Shown piece after piece: positions 25,521-38,251 of a stretch of 64,000 nt of DNA. Made by a program: the position numbers and the translations under genes. Origin of the DNA: the human T2T-CHM13v2.0 reference genome, Homo sapiens; assembly GCF_009914755.1 (NCBI RefSeq), contig NC_060926.1, one strand, 5' to 3'. The notes under the pieces are model-generated. The model saw only the letters and a list, made by a program, of their open reading frames with translations, had not been told where the DNA came from and ran no database searches. Position 1 is the first letter of the stretch, and each line of letters opens with the position of its first letter.

Positions 25521-28500
25521 TTCCCCCAAGTCAACAAACAAATAACACACTTTCTTCCCTGAGGCTTCTCTCCTATACTGAAGAAAATGCTGGATCAAAA
25601 ACTTGCCTTTGGCACAACACACGTAGAGATTTGCTCAGCATACCTCCAAGACTGGCAAGGTTGCATATTTCATCCTATTTGTGATGAGGGAAATGGTCAG
25701 TCTCTCAAATCCCCTTAATGAAGCAAGAAAATCGGTCATTTTACCTTGACTATCACTTGGCATCTTCTTTTTAAGTCTGCTTCCATAAATAGCAATGAAA
25801 CCTGCCTTCATCACATTTATTATGGGATGAAAACCAAGCTTCTGCATATTGAAGGCGTAACTCCAGTGAGCCACCCTGCCACTTGAACCTTCAATAGGCC
25901 TCTTATGCTGTATTCATTTCTTCATGCAAAGCACTCTCTCCTCATTGCTGGATAGCCTGACAAGAAAGTGGCTAGCACAGCTGCCTCACTGTGCCCTAGC
26001 ATTTGGGGTAATAACCTGGCAGGCTGCGGGTCTCTTTTCCCACTCCTCTCTCCAACCCCCATGCAACTGTTTGAATTTCTCCTTGCACCAGCTGCCCCAC
26101 CCTCCCTCTCAAAAATTACTTTCAGTAATTACTACAGCTCAAGGATGCTGTCCAATCTAAAATAGCTAATGAGAACCAGTCCTTCAATCTAAACTGTAAT
26201 CAGCTTATAACAAGCTCCCTTTTCCTGTGCTTCATTACGGTGACACAATCTATTTTTCATACCTCAAAATGATAAGGCAGAGTTGGGGAAAGAGAATCAC
26301 TCTCCATCACTAGGCTTGCATGAAAGGGAGATGGGCTTAAGCATGCAGAATTGATTTATTTGCATTCTTCTGTTGCTTTGGTGGCTGCATCTTTTAAAGA
26401 AGTTAATATTGTATTTTTGATTTGGCCCTGAGAACAGCAGGGCCTGACAATCAAGCATGCTTATTACAGCCAGGAAAAAAAAAAAAAAAAGAAGTAGCCC
26501 AGCATAGCTCAAGTGCATGGTGATTTATTTGGACATGTGCAGACTTGGAGCAGAAAGTATTTTAAATTCTGTTGAAGAACCTTACAATTCTGTCTTTATG
26601 TGTTTCTTCTCTCTGAAATTTGTGTTTGTTACCTATTACCCCACTAGCTACTTACCTGCTTTTCTTTTTTGTGGGGGGGGCTATGCAAACGCTTCATTGT
26701 TTATTTTCAAAGAAAGAACATGGAAGGCACCCACCACAGGGATTCTCACTAGAAGTTTGGGGAATCTGCTTGGCTAATATTGTACAATCTGTTGATAAAC
26801 ACCCAGGCTATTTTAATCTCCTTTCCAACTTTATCCTCCTGAGTTAATTTCCAGACTGTCATTTTTTGCCTGGTGTGATTAAAGTTCGGCCTGTTTAAGC
26901 GTCTGCATTCTCCCGGCATGATTTCCTAGGCATTGAGGCTGTGGCAGAGCGTGCCTATTAATCCCACCCTAATGATTAGAGCATCTGAGGAGCTGCAACA
27001 TTTGATGGGTTAATACTGGTAGCTGAGTCCTTGGATTGAATCCAACTCAGTCATCACTTTGAATGAGGCAGTTTGATGAGCTTCAGTAAGGCTGGGACTG
27101 CTGTCATTGTCCATTTGAGACTCCAAATACTAGGAAAAAAATAAAAGCCGGTCTTCGACAGCTAGACAGGTCCTAGGAGTATGAATGTCAATAACATACA
27201 GTTATAAAATGCAGATTGGGGCATCTTTGTTATATAATTGTTAATGGGCAGAAAAACCTCACAAAGAACTCCCTGCCCTATTATTTATCTCCCTGCCCCA
27301 AAAAGAAAATAACAACAAAAACATTAAAATACATCGGCCAGTTTTTAAAAGTTGTTTTTCTCTGCTTTGTCTAAAATTGTGTAAAAGATAAGGCTAAATT
27401 AGAAAATCTTTTACCCAACCTCTTCATTTGTGTAAAATAAATGCACACAACTCATTTAAAATGGGAGGCTTGCAAATTTACTCATTAGACACAATAACCA
27501 GTAAGCTGGTGTCTCAACTCAAGAGGAGTCTTCATCAGGCAATTAGGGAAGGTGGTTCTCGGCTGCCTCTCCATCTTCAAGAGCGCTGGATCCAACTTGC
27601 TTTTAAAATAGTGAGGCTGTCAGAGGACTCAGATTGAGCATCTGCATTTCAGGCGAGTCCATAAATTAACTTCTAGTACTTATGGCATTCTGAAAGAATG
27701 AAACATTCATTGCAATTCATGGTTTGTCTGTTTCAGGAATGTTATGAAACTATGCCTGTTATACAGGGAGAATTTTCTACCTCCAATGTTTATAGGAAGT
27801 TATTTTTCTTGCCAAAGCAAGTCATCATACTATCATCCTCTCTCCTCTTTCTCCTTCTCTCCCTCTCACATCAAAGGTGACCCTCTGAAAACATGTAAAG
27901 TGGGATACCTTTACAACTTGGTGGCAGGGGACAGAATTCACAGCCTCCTCCTGATTGTTCAATCAGGCCTTCCTCATTCGAGTGTTCAGTTTAAGTGAAC
28001 TTGAGTCAGCTGGCAGAATATCTGGATTTATATCTTACTGTATTATTTTCTTAAGGGGCATTGATTTCCAATATACATAGTCCTTACCATACTTTCTGCA
28101 CCTGCCAATGAGTGTCATGATTCTGAATTGTACTGCAAGTCAAAATACCAGTTAGCTGATTCATGTATAGGTCTTTGCTAAAGATGAAGATGAAAGCACC
28201 AAGTTGTTTCAGGAATAATATAAATTTACAATCCTGTATCATTACTTTTGTCTTTGCCCACATGCACATAATATAATATGCAGTGAATCTTTATTTTTAA
28301 TTAAGAACATTTCTTAACACCTTCTATGTGCTGGGCTAGCAGTGAGGGATTGAAGATATTCAGACTGGCAGCACTAAATCTGAAAGTTGATGGTCTCCCA
28401 CTTGGAATCTTTAAGTAAATAGACTTTTATTGACAACATTAATAGAAAGGGAAAAATAATAATAATAAAAGTCTGCTCCTAAGGTGGTATTTTAAAAAAT

Positions 28501-31500
28501 ATTTTTCAGATTATATATTCTAAAGTTATCTTTATATCAGTGATTTTAACAATACTATAGAGTTTATCCATGACTAAGTGTTTAAAGATGTTTGCATTGT
28601 TTGTTAACCAATTTAGAATTTCATCCTAAGCCTTCTTAAAATAAACTAGGGAATATATAAATGATTTTAAACACTGACTCTTTGTGATATAGTTTCTTAA
28701 GGATAAAAAGATACATGAAATATTCTTATCATCAAGGAGGTTAAAATGTGGTAAAAAAAATGGATTCACTGAGATCACAGTTTACGTGTTTCATATACTG
28801 TATTGACAAACACAGCTTAAGAATTACACTAATGCTTTTTTAAAGGTTTTTAAGTTAAAAAATAAAATAAAGGTTTAAAAAGTTACCTAGAAAATTATAC
28901 TGATGAAATATTTTTCAGTAAACTAGTTATGAGTTGTATCAAAAAGCAAATTTTATATTTACATTGTGTTAAGGGCCACATTGAAGGTGGAGAATATGGT
29001 AAAGATAAAAATGGGTAAGGTCTGTACGTTTGGATTTCAGAGCTAGTGCTTTGTGTTCAAATTTCTTTTTTTTTTTCTGTCTCCCATTTTTCTTCCTCCG
29101 CCAAAACATAGATGGTATATCATGTAACTAATTTGTTCCTTTTTTCTCTTTAAAATATGAGCAGTCAGTGCCCTCTTTGGTAATTACAGGAGGAGATTAT
29201 TCAAACAAGTTTTGTTGTAGAAAACAATCTAAATTCTTTAAATAAAGTTTCATAAAGTCTAATTTATTATCATGATTAACCTCATCAATAACACCTAATG
29301 ATGTAACATTTTTAATGAAATAAGTTGAAATGCCTCCTTACATTTTCAGTTAGTTTTCATCTGAAGTGATCATGGGCTAATCTTTCAGATAATGAGTTAA
29401 TGACAATGGAATTTTAGTGATGAAAAATATGCTGTCATTATACGTGGATTCTAGTTAGCAAACTTGTATCATCTCAATGGAATTTAAACACAATTCTCTG
29501 CAGGTTTATTCGTCTGACATCTAGGTCTTACTTATGGATTTTCTCCTCACAGTCCATTTGATCAGCTGGCAAAAATTAGATTTTAGGCTGTTCAGAGACT
29601 GAAAATGGTGGCATATCAAGGATCCTGAAAAGGGGGAGAAAAATGAAATTAGGAAGCATTGCTCATTGCTATAATCTCTAACTTGAGCAAGAAATTCACA
29701 TGATGATCAAAGGTGGCAATGAGCCACTGTGATAGATCAGGGCAGTGGTACCAGGGCTTCTCAGACTTTGCTTTTCCAATTCCCACTACCAGAGTCAGAG
29801 TGAGTCCAAAATGTGTGGCAGGTGATGGTGCAAGAGGGGCGTGCAGAGAGGGACAGTGGGAAGGCCCCAAGTGCATGGGTTAGTGTTTTGGAATTGTGTT
29901 TTAGGGCAGTCAAGCTAGAGGTACACATCGCTGACAGTAATAGTATTAATAATGCTAACTACTGTCTATGGCTCAATTACAGTGAAGGGGATGTCTGGAA
30001 AGACCTCATGGAAGCGGCAGTGTGTAAGCTGAAAAATGAAAGGCAGCAACACTTGAATATTCAGAAATAGAGTAAGGACATTGAAGACAGAGTGAACAGA
30101 GCATCAAGGGAGCCAGTTGTGAAGCTATTCAAATTCCGCGTTGTGGAAACCATCTAAAACCACTTTTGGTAGCTGCAGTTGACCAATGTGGCAAGAATGT
30201 TCTCTTATTAAGAAAAAAAAATGATACAAATAAGCCTATTAAGGTACCTAAAATATTTATTCATACTTATTTGCCACTGTGGAACTCAATCTGTACATAC
30301 AGTGATCACTGAATATCACAGAATCAAGAAAAGTTGTTGGTAATTTTACTAAAATCTATGGACTAGAGAATGTCAGTACAAACAACAAAATCAGGGGTTG
30401 TCAAGGTTTATGACCAGTGTTCGGCTGGGAAAAAGTACACTAAAAAATACACATAGAATCACTTATTGTTAATTAAAAGAAAGGAAAAAAAATCTTTCTT
30501 GATTTAGCAACACTGTCACAGTCTCACAGATTTTCTCTTTTTAGACCAAAGTAAATCCAGCTCTTAGAGGACATTTTCTATCTGAGTCACACTGATAAAA
30601 CTCACTGAATAAAGATGGAAAGGTGACACCAGAACAGTTTCTACCCCCTGGGGATGACCAAAATTGTAAAGAACAAAAAATCACGTTTTTTTTTTTTTTT
30701 TTTTTTTAGCTGTCTAATCCCATTTTGAATCAAAATAAACCTGGCATGCTTGGCAAATGAATTTTTTTTTACACTGGAAACACATTTTCTCATAATGCAA
30801 TAGCTTTTAATCACCCTTTCAGTCCTTAGATTTGAAATGTTGTTAAGCTTAGTTTTGGTTTGGATAATTTTTGCCCTTCTCAATTATTCATGGTGAGAAG
30901 AGTAGTCATCTGGTGATTAATACATATTTATTGAGCATGCTTTGTATGAGTAAAGCACTGAGTGAAGCTTCACTCAGTGCTTTAATAATAAAAGATTTCA
31001 GCAATTTATTTTACTTTTTAAATACTGTCCTAGCCTTCCAGGGCTGCAGAATCTGGGCTTTGGGAGGGTGGTAGCCCATGAATTATGTTGAAGGAAGCCT
31101 AGGTAAAAAGTGCTGTGAAACTAAGAGGTCAGGATTCACTGGTTCTAAGAGGGCTTCTTGGAGGAGGCCTATGTACTTGTTGAGGGTTTTATGTTCAAAG
31201 TAGCTTATTTGCATACTCACATTGGCTTTCGCCTTGACTCTACTGAGAGCTGGAGTTGTGGCTGCAGAATTCCCTATTCTAGAACCTCTGTGCTTTTCAT
31301 TTTCTAGGTAGATGGGATCATTGCTTCTTTGTTCATCAGTACATCCTTAAAATATTTGCATTTGCTAACTAATTGCTAACTAATTTAACATAAAATGTTT
31401 ACATTAAAACAAATACAATTCTATAACAGAATATAAGAGTCACATGGATTTTTCAAGATAAAATAAGACTTACTGGAGTTTTGCACTTATAGCAAGAAGC

Positions 31501-31719
31501 TGCTGGAGGAACACATTTACTTTTTTCTGTCATTTGGGGTATTCCAGGGAGATCTGGGGAGATTGCACTAGTGGTGACTGCAATAGGATTAAAAAGGGCC
31601 CTAATCCTCTCAACTAAGTACCATAAACCATTCTTTAGATTGATTATTTGTCTATATGTTTTACCTGTGAATGCAGAATTTTTTTCTTAAGCTTGAACAG
31701 CATTTCCTGGAACAGTTTT

Positions 31720-31875
31720 AAGTATGTTAAAAATATTTTATCTAATTCTCACAATGATTCTTCAAGTAGGTATTGTAACATTTACTTTAGAGGTGAGTTA
31801 CCTGAACCTCAGGGAGATCGACTTGCTTAGAGTTTTAGTCAATAAGTGGTGGATCTGAGCTTTGAATCCAATTTT
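31720..31875 (-). mobile_element. MIR
   Basis: 'taattctcacaatgattcttcaagtaggtattg...ttttactttagaggtgag'. Confidence 0.7.
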
Positions 31876-31959
31876 TTTGTTTTTTTTTCTCCATTCCACT
31901 TACTGCCTCCCACTGGATTTGTCTGAAATGGTTTGTCCATACAAAGGCTTTGCTTGAAT

Positions 31960-32710
31960 GGTGGGTTTGCAGCAGAGTGATGTCATTGAGCTTGAATTGC
32001 ATTTCCCAGAATTCTTTTCTCTGTAGAGTTCCTTGTTACTGTGGGCCACTGAAGATGTTTTGTGTGTGTGTGCTTTGGGGGCGGCGGGGAGGGGGGTGGA
32101 TTTGGAAGGTGGAAGTGAAGGAGCAGCCATATTTCTTTTCTGTGAGGAGGTCACTGCTAGGCATGAGACCACACTGGAGCTCACACATGTTTACCTGCTG
32201 GCTTCTCTTGTGGGTGTCGGGAGATGGTTGGGTCCTCAGTGTCTGCAGATGGTGTTGGATTTTCTGCTTCTGCTCCTCCAGCTCCTAAGCCAAGTGTATG
32301 ATGAGGGATACCAGTTTCTGCAGCAGGCATGGTTGGTTACATAATTTGTGGAGCCCAGCGTAAAGTGAAAATGAGATCTCTTTTATTCAAAAGTTATTTA
32401 AAATTTTAAGATAGAAATAGCAGAGCATTAAAATAAGCATGAGGTTCTTCTAAGCAAAGAACCCTGTATGGCTGCATGGGCCATAGCAGGAACCTCTGTC
32501 CTCAAGGTTTGAGCCTTGGAAATGATCAAAGACCAGTGTGAATTCCAGGTCAGTCTTGTGACTGATTCTAGCTTGCCCTTGCTTACCCACCTCAAGCCTA
32601 CCTTTCCAGCTAATTGCCTGTCCTGCAGGCTTCAGTTAAACAAATAACAGACTCACATCAGCAGAATCATTAGCTCCCACAATTGCATAGAGTCACATCT
32701 CTTGAAATAA
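31960..32710 (+). mobile_element. Old ERVL-class LTR (subfamily uncertain), interrupted by MER45A
   Basis: 'catttcccagaattcttttctctgta...gatttggaaggtggaagtgaaggagcagccat'. Confidence 0.5.
32326..32490 (-). mobile_element. MER45A hAT-Tip100
   Basis: 'tacataatttgtggagcccagcgtaaagtgaaaatg...agcagagcattaaaataagcatgagg'. Confidence 0.8.
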
Positions 32711-33433
32711 TTGAGAAAATAAATCTCTGTGCATTTTTGGGGGTTTTGTGGTTCAGATGAGGACCCAAGATGAGAAAGCCTGGAAAGAAGTAGATATTAA
32801 AGAGATAATCACAGAAGTGTCACTGTGATTACATTTTGATCACTGCTACAAAAGAAGGATTCAGGGTCCTCAAATGTAGTTCCTTTTTATATAGGTATTG
32901 TTTCTGTATTGGAGTCAGAAGTTGGTTTTTGGATGCATTTTGCAGGTAGAAGGCACAGGGGAAGATATCTCTATAGACTTCTAGCTAGGCAGAGTAGAAA
33001 ATATAAATCAATAAATCATTGATTTTGAGTTTGAACTAAACTTTGAAGTCAATATTTCAAAGAATCTTGATTTTTTTTCTCTACCTTCCTCCTGACGTTT
33101 TGGAGTCCCTAACTTTCCTTGGGTAACTCTGAGAAGGAGGAAGTCTCTGTACCATCGAGCCATTCATTCTGTTATGGTATTATTTCAAGGATACCAGTGG
33201 GGAATCTCTGTTTTCTCTAATCTCTTCATTGAGCTTTACTTTATTTTTTTAATAGTGGAAATAATATTTAAATTGATGATACGAGCCAAGACATACAATG
33301 AGAAAATTCCTGAAGATGAAGAGTGTATACTGTCAGTTCCTTCTTTAAGAACATGGGGAGGCTGGAAGAGGCAGAACAGTATGCCCCATGTAGGCATAAA
33401 GACCACTGACAGAGTAGGGAGGCAGCTCTAGGA

Positions 33434-33746
33434 CAGGGTTGGAAAACTTTTTCCGTTAAGGGCCAGAGAGCAAATACTTCAGGCTTTGTGGAGGCATATG
33501 GTCTCTGTTATGACTGTTCACCTCTAGTGTTGTAGCCAGAAAACTTCCATAGATGAGACATAAAAGAACAAATGTGGCTGTATTCTAATAAAACTTTATT
33601 GATGGATGCTTGCATTTCATATAGTTTTCACATGTCATGAAATATTATTTCGTTGACTTTTTTCAGCCATTTGAAAATGTAAAAATCATTCTCAGCTCTC
33701 AGGCTGAACAAAAATAGACAGTAGACTGGAGTTTGTTGAGCTTTTC
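33434..33746 (+). mobile_element. MER58B hAT-Charlie
   Basis: 'cagggttggaaaactttttccgttaagggccaga...taataaaactttatt...ccatttgaaaatgtaaaaatcattctcagctc'. Confidence 0.88.
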
Positions 33747-35805
33747 TTAGAGGCAAACATCCCTTATGGTAATGTTTCCTAAAATTGGCTTGGCCACAAG
33801 GTCAGTGTATTTATAGTGTGTTACCAGGCATTAGCACCATTGAGGGAATTGTTACAATGCAGAATCCTATACCTTAGAAATTAGTAAATTTTACAAGTAG
33901 TCCCGATTAAGCCTATGTATAATAAAGTTATAAAACTACGTATTCAGTATTTAGGTAGTCTTTTCCCAGATTTCTCCCCTTTTGCTTGTGAGAAGAAAGA
34001 AAAGTTAAATGGCAGACATGGTCTTAATTGTAATTACTGAGACAAGACTACATATATAAACACATATGGACACATTTATACAACCATGTTTGCATAATAT
34101 TCTAGATGCATGCAATATGTACGTATATATGAATATGCATATATATGTATATGAATATGCACACACACGTATGAATGTCTCACACTTTTATATATATGAA
34201 AATGTTTAGATATGGATACATTTGTACATGCCCATGCACCAGTACATGCACAAAGTCTTGCTTGGCAGCTCTTTATTATAGTGATAAAAATGCTCAAATG
34301 CTCATTTGAGAATAATTGCTGATTCCATACCATGCAGATGTTTTGACATAGAATGAAGTAGAAATTATCAGATGACACTCTCACATCTGTTGAAGTTGGA
34401 GGCATGTGTGGAAGCAAACATGATTTCTTTCAGTCCTTAAGCCTCATTAATATATGTTGTTGAAGTCCTTTATCACATCAAAGCAATATGATCTTTTAAA
34501 GATGGTTGCTTTGAGTGAAATGTTTAAAACATGGGTGCAAAGTAAAATTCATTAAAATATCTAAATGAACAAATTGGAATATTATTAATAAAAATATTAG
34601 TCTCTAATGGACTTTATAGTGATCTGATTAATTTGAAGTATTTTTCAGATGAAAGACAGAACCATTTAATCTCCCTCTTTCATGCTATTCTCTTATTTTA
34701 GCATACTTATTTATTCCTTTAATTTGTGTAGTTTAGCTTTCAGCTTGACTTTCCCCATTCCATTTACAGAGATGTTCGCAAACACAGAATAATTCCTGCT
34801 GGTAATGTTGCTCATTAGGAACACTTCCAGAAAGAGAGGTGAATAGTGCTGCAAATATCTCTTCATTTCCAGCCTGGCAAATAATCTGTCAAGACAACAC
34901 CCCAGCCAGTTGTTTAATTGTGTATCAGGTTTAGGTGACAGGACTTGGATATGACATGACAAAAGGGCTTAGGAAGAGTTATCCATCTTCCTTCCCCTTA
35001 GAACAGCAGAGTCTTCAATAAAGACATCCGTTAAGTCTTTATTTCCTAAGGCATAGAGAATCAGACTTCTTACCTTTCAATTAGTAATGGATGAACTTCA
35101 AAAAGGTAAGGTTTTCGTTCTCATTTTTGCTGTTGCTGGCAGGTCTTAGATACTTGGAGAGTTTAATGGATTCCATCCCCTCCTCTTCTCTGTTTCTTTT
35201 TGTTCATACACTTAGGATGACTCCTATTAGTTACCAGTTCTTTGGTTTCCTTTACTTATTTGCATGCACTTAATTATTTTTGAGATATTGACCAGGAGAG
35301 AAAGAATAGAAAATCTCTTTGCAGAAAAAGTTTTTTGTTCTTTTTTTTTAATGGCTACTTTTTAAAGCTGTTGAATGAGTTCATTTGAGATACAACTTCA
35401 CCCAATTCACCCATCATCACTTGCCAATAAATCTTTCCCAAGCTCAGTTTTCCTACAATTTTCCCCAAAAAGAAAAAAGAAAGAGAATATGCCCAAGATT
35501 AAAGAGGATCTTTCTGGATTAATCTTGTTTTTATTTCAAGGTTTAGTACATTTTTGGATTATATTCTTTTTCGGAGTTCCTAAACTGGTTCTGTTCAAAA
35601 TGGAGATTGAAATTTCCAAATTATTTCTCTTATTATCAGCACACCTGGAGACCTGAACTGTGGCACTGGATGTAGCTACTGTAAATAACGTCTTGGAATC
35701 TCTCACCCATATGTATTTGCTCTTATCTGTATGTAAAATGAGACATAGCCTTATTTTCACTTTAATCTAAGTCTGACACTAATGACCTCTCTGATAGTAA
35801 ATCAA

Positions 35806-36130
35806 TTATCCATCCATCCACCCATTCGTCCACCCATCCCATCAATTTGTGTTATTAGGTACCTACTGTATGCCTAATGTTTGCTAGTTGCTGGAGAAAT
35901 CATAGTGAGAAAAAAAAGAATCAGTCTCTGCCTCAGGGAACTTACAGTCTCGTGTGGAGTGAGGTACTATTTTTAAAAAATCATGCAAATAATTATGTAT
36001 TTTCAGTGGAGGAAACATACATGATACCATGACCATGAAAAGTTTTAGTAAGGCAAGTTGGACTAGTTAGGACAGGCAAAGAAGACTTCCCTGAGAAAAT
36101 AATGACCAAGGTGAAGAATGGAAGAGGAAG
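35806..36130 (-). mobile_element. L2 3' fragment
   Basis: 'ccatccatcc...tattaggtacctactgtatgcc...ctgcctcagggaacttacagtct'. Confidence 0.75.
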
Positions 36131-36755
36131 GGAAGGAATATTAACCAGAAAAGGAATGGAAGAGTGGATATTAGACAGGCAGCAAATTTGTCCTCCCTCC
36201 CAAATTTCACATTAAAACAGAAGCACTTTAAATTTATATTGTGAATGACATGGAATTTATACAATGTTATGGTCATGCAGTGTTTCTAATTTCTGCATTG
36301 TCTATGGCTTATAAACAGCTAATGAGAAAAGCTTTGTCATCTTAAGCAAGTGCCCCATCTTCTACAAATGATAATAAATACTTATAGATTATGATAATTA
36401 TCTCATATCTTGGTTAAGATCCCAACCAATAATAAAATAAAACAGAGAGAGTGACTGGGAACCCGTAGTAGATTAGCCACAATTCCAAAATCTAAACAGC
36501 TCTAACCACTTAAAAAATTGTAACTTAGTTCCTGATTGAAACCTTTTTGGTAAAACTTGACCTGTGCTAATGTGAGGATATTTATTACTTTTAAGATTCT
36601 CAATTGAAGTGTTTTCTTGTGAAGGGCATATGAGAGTGTTACGGAACTTTTAGAGGATTCCATTTCTTCCTCTTCTTTGTTTCCTTTTCTTCCTTTTTGT
36701 TCAATCCAATTTTCAAAATTCTGTATGCAAAAAAAAAAAAAAAAAAAAAAAAAGA

Positions 36756-37063
36756 GGCTGTGTGGGGTGGCTCAGCCTGTAATCTCAGCACTTTGGAAGG
36801 CTGAGGTAGGCAATAACTTGAGGTCAGGAGTTTGACACCAGCCTGGGCAATGTGGATAAACCCCATCTCTACTAAAAGTACAAAAAAAGAGAAAAGAAAG
36901 AAGGAAGAAAAAATTAGCCAGGCATGGTGGTGCACACCTGTAGTCCCAGCTACTTGGGAGGCTGAGGCAGGAGACTCGCTTCAACCTGGGAGGCAGAGGT
37001 TGCAGTGAGCTGAGATTTGTGTCACTGCACTCTGGCCTAGGGCACAGAGCAAGACTCTGTCTC

Positions 37064-37094
<31 letters not shown>

Positions 37095-37114
37095 CAAAAC
37101 AAAACAAAACAAAA
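36756..37114 (+). mobile_element. Alu (old S/J type) with expanded middle linker and (CAAAA)n tail, preceded by A25
   Basis: Alu dimer; poly-A at 36729-36753; tail of caaaa units. Confidence 0.93.
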
Positions 37115-38208
37115 TGCGTCTCCAGAATTTCAGATATGTACTCTTGTTCCTTCTGTCTTTTTAATATTTACTTTACTTTTTAACGAAAATTATGTGTGGT
37201 GTGTGTGTGTGCATGTCCACGCACATGTGCTTCAAATAGGGGTGGTAGAAAGAAAAGTTTTTGCTGAGAACCAGGAGTTTTTAAGGCAATGTGGAATGAA
37301 ACATCTGAGGATTGGCTGCCTTGGAAAAAGCTTCATGAAACATTTGCAAGTAGACTTCTATTTCTACTCCCATCTATCAGTCTTTGACATGTGGATTATC
37401 TGTAGGAGAGATATTTGACTGTTTTTATTCTTAAACAATTAGGTAAAGACATTCCTAGATCAGATCATACATTATTTCTCACTGACTTCTGTCGTTCTGG
37501 CCATGAAAGAGTCAGCAGGTGACTTGTCTTTGTTGATGAGTAGGATTTGTACTTCTCCAGTGGCCAGGAGGAATGGGAAAGATGAAGGCTAGCAAGAAGG
37601 CTGGACAGTGAGTTTCAGGGAGGGGAAGGGTTGGCAGCCCAGATTTTCAAAACCTTGAGCTTCACTTCTTAGCAAAGTCCTCCCCTTGCTGGAGGTAGAG
37701 TGGACTCGGTATTGGGGTAAAGTTCTATTGGCTTGAGACTGCCTGATGTAGACAACTTCCTTGGAACAATTCTGATTTCACAGTCGGGACCCACATGACA
37801 GTGTAAAACCCTATTCTCTAAGCATTATAAAGAATCATAGGGTTCATCAATCCAATGTCTCCTTTCTCACCATCGGGCATCCCTTTGCAAGTCTGAGGAA
37901 AGCCTTCTATTCTAAGAAAACTGTACATTCACACAGTATTTCACGCACCTTTTTTTTTTTTTTTTTTTTAAAGATTTCACAGGGTTGGTGAGAGAGGTCC
38001 TTAGACAACAGAGTTAGAGCTGTTGATACAATCCACTGGTTATAGTCCATTTCACACTAAGTAAAACTGAGGCCCTTGGAAGCAACAATATATCCCCAAG
38101 ACCACAAAATAAGTTTATTTAAGAGCTTGGCTTAAAATCCAAATCTAGCTACTTCCACCTCAATTTTTTTTTTTTTTTTTCCACAATGTCAGGAGTATAT
38201 CTCCTTAG

Positions 38209-38211
<3 letters not shown>

Positions 38212-38249
<38 letters not shown>
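38212..38249. repeat. T38 homopolymer (other poly-T runs at about 37949-37969 and 38164-38180)
   Basis: Visible directly. Confidence 0.95.
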
Positions 38250-38251
<2 letters not shown>

